Shown here one piece after another: positions 62,101 to 64,000 of a stretch of DNA of 64,000 nucleotides (the first letter of the stretch is position 1; every line of letters begins with the position of its first letter). The translations under genes and the position numbers were made by a program. The notes below the pieces were generated by a model that worked only from the letters and a program-made list of their open reading frames with translations, was not told the origin of the DNA and ran no database searches. Location of the stretch: positions 56,918,001 through 56,982,000 of the forward strand of contig CM059438.1 in assembly GCA_030390025.1 (NCBI GenBank), in the 5' to 3' direction. Source of the DNA: Squalus acanthias (taxonomy: Eukaryota).

Positions 62101-62515
62101 AGCCCCCCCACTGAGCCCCCCCACTCCCCCACACTGAGCCCCCCACACTGAGCCCCGCACACTGAGCCCCGCACTCCCCCACCCCCTCACACCGAGCCCC
62201 CCGCACTCCCCCACCCCGAGCCCCGCACTCCCCCACCCCGAGCCCCGCACTCCCCCGTCCCCCACCCCCCCACACTCAGCCCCCACCCCCCAGAGCCCCG
62301 CACTCCCCCACTGAGCCCCCCACCCCCCCACACTGAGCCCCCCACCCCCCCACACTGAGCCCCCCACCACCCCACACTGAGCCCCCCACTCCCCCACCCT
62401 GAGCCCCCCACCCCCTCACACTGAGCCCCCCACTCCCCCACACTGAGCCCCGCACTCCCCCATCCCCCCACACTGAGCCCCGCACTCTCCCACCCCCCCC
62501 ACACTGAGCCCCCAC
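59190..62515. repeat. 3.3-kb C-rich (G-rich on SSNA1 sense strand) compound VNTR in SSNA1 intron 1
   Basis: Units built on CACAC(C/T)GAGCCCC, with a homogeneous 22-bp block at ~59655-60200 (GAGCCCCGCACCCCCCCACACC). Confidence 0.97.
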
Positions 62516-62526
62516 AGGATCCTTAC

Positions 62527-62578
62527 ATTTGACCAGCTCGTTGTTGTAGGTCTGCAGCGCGGCTCCCTGCTGGGTCAT
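62527..62578 (-). CDS. SSNA1: SSNA1 (NA14) exon 1, 52 coding nt
   Basis: MTQQGAALQTYNNELVK(C), GCAATGA start context and T|GTAAGG donor. Spliced CDS is 52+200+96 = 348 nt, 115 aa. Confidence 0.97.
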
Positions 62579-63287
62579 TGCGGCTCTCCCACTCCCGGCT
62601 GCTGGTCTGATCGCTCCCGAGAACCGTGTCTCTCCGCTGCTGAAGTCGGCTTCCCTTCTCCGGGCCCTGTCTCTCCCGGCTCTCTCCCCGCCGCCGGGCC
62701 CTGTCTCTCCCGGCTCTCTCCCCGCCGCCGGGCCCTGTCTATCCCGGCTCTCTCCCCGCCGCCGGGCCCTGTCTCTCCCGGCTCTCTCCCCGCCGCCGGG
62801 CCCTGTCTCTCCCGGCTCTCTCCCCGCCGCCGGGCCCTGTCTATCCCGGCTCTCTCCCCGCCGCCGCTCGGTCTCCCGGTAACCAAGAAACCGCTCAAAC
62901 TGCTTCTTCGTCATCAATCTGCGACATTTGGGCGCGCGGCTTCAACGTAACCTCTTTGCTTCAGCGTGCTGTCATGGCAACAGCGTCTTTATTGTTCTCG
63001 ATCCTGAGAGAGATTCCTCCGGTTAATTGCCTCGACTCTAATCGAGACTCACTATAACCATCACGATAATAGTACCTGACAGGGTGAGAACTCGGAACTC
63101 TTCCTTTCGCGGAAATAAATCTCCCAGTCGGCCATTTAAAGTTAAACGCAGGCGCAGTCCGGCTCGCTGGGCCCGAGTGTTGTGCGCAGGCGCAGTCCGG
63201 CTGGCCGGGCCCGAGTGTTGTGCGCAGGTGCAGTCCAGCTCGACCGGCCCGAGTGTTGTGCGCAGGCGCGGCTCCCGGGGGCGCGCG
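62579..63287. promoter_or_regulatory. CpG-rich bidirectional promoter and 5' leaders of SSNA1 and ANAPC2
   Basis: Divergent ATGs 710 bp apart, CpG-dense. RFX X-box-like sites at 62871-62883 and 62968-62981; NRF1-like GCGCAGGCGC motifs at 63146-63270. Confidence 0.85.
62661..62866. repeat. 34-bp GC-rich tandem repeat (6 copies) upstream of the SSNA1 ATG
   Basis: CGGGCCCTGTCT(C/A)TCCCGGCTCTCTCCCCGCCGC at 62661, 62695, 62729, 62763, 62797, 62831. Confidence 0.95.
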
Positions 63288-63386
63288 ATGGCGGCAGCAG
63301 CAGAGGCGGTGGGGCGCGAGCTCGGGCTGTCGGCCGCCTGGAGCCGCCTGAGCGCCGGGCTGGTCCCGCTCACCGCACTCGGACTG
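63288..63386 (+). CDS. ANAPC2: Anaphase-promoting complex subunit 2, exon 1
   Basis: GCGATGG start. MAAAAEAVGRELGLSAAWSRLSAGLVPLTALGL resembles ANAPC2 ...AWNTVSTGLVPPAALGL. CTG|GTAACC donor. Head-to-head with SSNA1 as in human. Confidence 0.85.
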
Positions 63387-63739
63387 GTAACCGGGGAGCC
63401 GCTCTCACACCGGGGCAACTTCAGGGAACCAGCATTTAACTGTCAGCTTTGGGGAAGGATGGCGGCGGGGGGAGACTGATGGATTCCCCGGGGGGGGGGG
63501 GGGGGGGGGGGGGTGAGGGGACGGGGGCGAAGATGGGCGAGGGGGGAATGGATGAGGGAGACTCGAAGGTGGGTGAGATGGGGAAAGGGGGCACCGGTGG
63601 GTTTGGTGAGGGGGCACAGATGGTGCGGGTGGCATGGGGACGGGGACGGTGTGGATGTGATGTGATGTGGACTGGTGTGAGGGCAAGGAGCTGTGGGTCT
63701 GACTGGGAAGAGGAGAGGAGTGTGAGAGTATGATGGGCA

Positions 63740-64000
63740 GAAGGTGAGGGTACGATGGGGGGCCGAGGGTAGGAGTATGATTGGGGGCCGAGGGTAGGAG
63801 TATGATTGGGGGCAGTGGGTGGGAGTACGATGGGGCCGAGGGTGGGTGTACGATGGGGCAGTGGGTGGGAGTACGATGGGGCCGAGGGTGGGGGTATGAT
63901 TGGGGGCCGAGGGTGGGAGTATGATTGGGGGCCGAGGGTGGGAGTACGATGGGGCCGAGGGTGGGAGTATGATTGGGGGCCGAGGGTGGGGGTATGATTG
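63740..64000. repeat. G-rich 22-25-bp VNTR in ANAPC2 intron 1 (runs off the window)
   Basis: GGGGGCCGAGGGT(A/G)GGAGTA(T/C)GAT(T) units. Confidence 0.92.

Noticed and set aside
59144..62504. Long Gly-rich ORFs (up to 454 aa) resembling silk, keratin or elastin
   Set aside because: They are open in all three minus frames because the G-rich VNTR lacks stops, and they lie in SSNA1 intron 1.
63084..63287. N-terminal extension of ANAPC2 in the ORF track
   Set aside because: It starts at a non-ATG codon and crosses the promoter repeats; the ATG at 63288 has strong context and matches the known N-terminus.

Overview
Vertebrate genomic DNA, most likely a shark or other cartilaginous fish, inferred from HE1-type V-SINEs, Deu-domain SINEs and HER1/CR1, L2 and RTE LINEs. 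Three host genes are recognisable: the last three coding exons of TPRN (taperin, + strand, 28537-37824, with 1-28536 apparently its long intron 1), the complete three-exon SSNA1 (- strand, 62578-53620) and exon 1 of ANAPC2 (+ strand, 63288-63386). SSNA1 and ANAPC2 share a ~0.7 kb bidirectional promoter, the same arrangement as in human. Most of the rest is transposon-derived. The most notable system is a CR1-group LINE with a tRNA-derived head (A and B boxes) fused directly to a single EN-RT ORF and almost no sense-strand TTTT runs, suggesting a Pol III-transcribed autonomous LINE. It occurs as three long copies (one with a twin-priming-type 5' inversion) and three head-plus-tail short derivatives. 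Also present: a full-length Tigger/pogo element disabled by two nonsense codons, two GGG-terminated MITEs, LINE-born minisatellites, mirror-image G-rich VNTRs around the promoter, and a possible second ALYF-stop terminal exon in the TPRN 3' UTR. Repeat family names come from recalled consensus motifs, not database searches, and repeat boundaries are approximate unless a TSD or TIR is cited.
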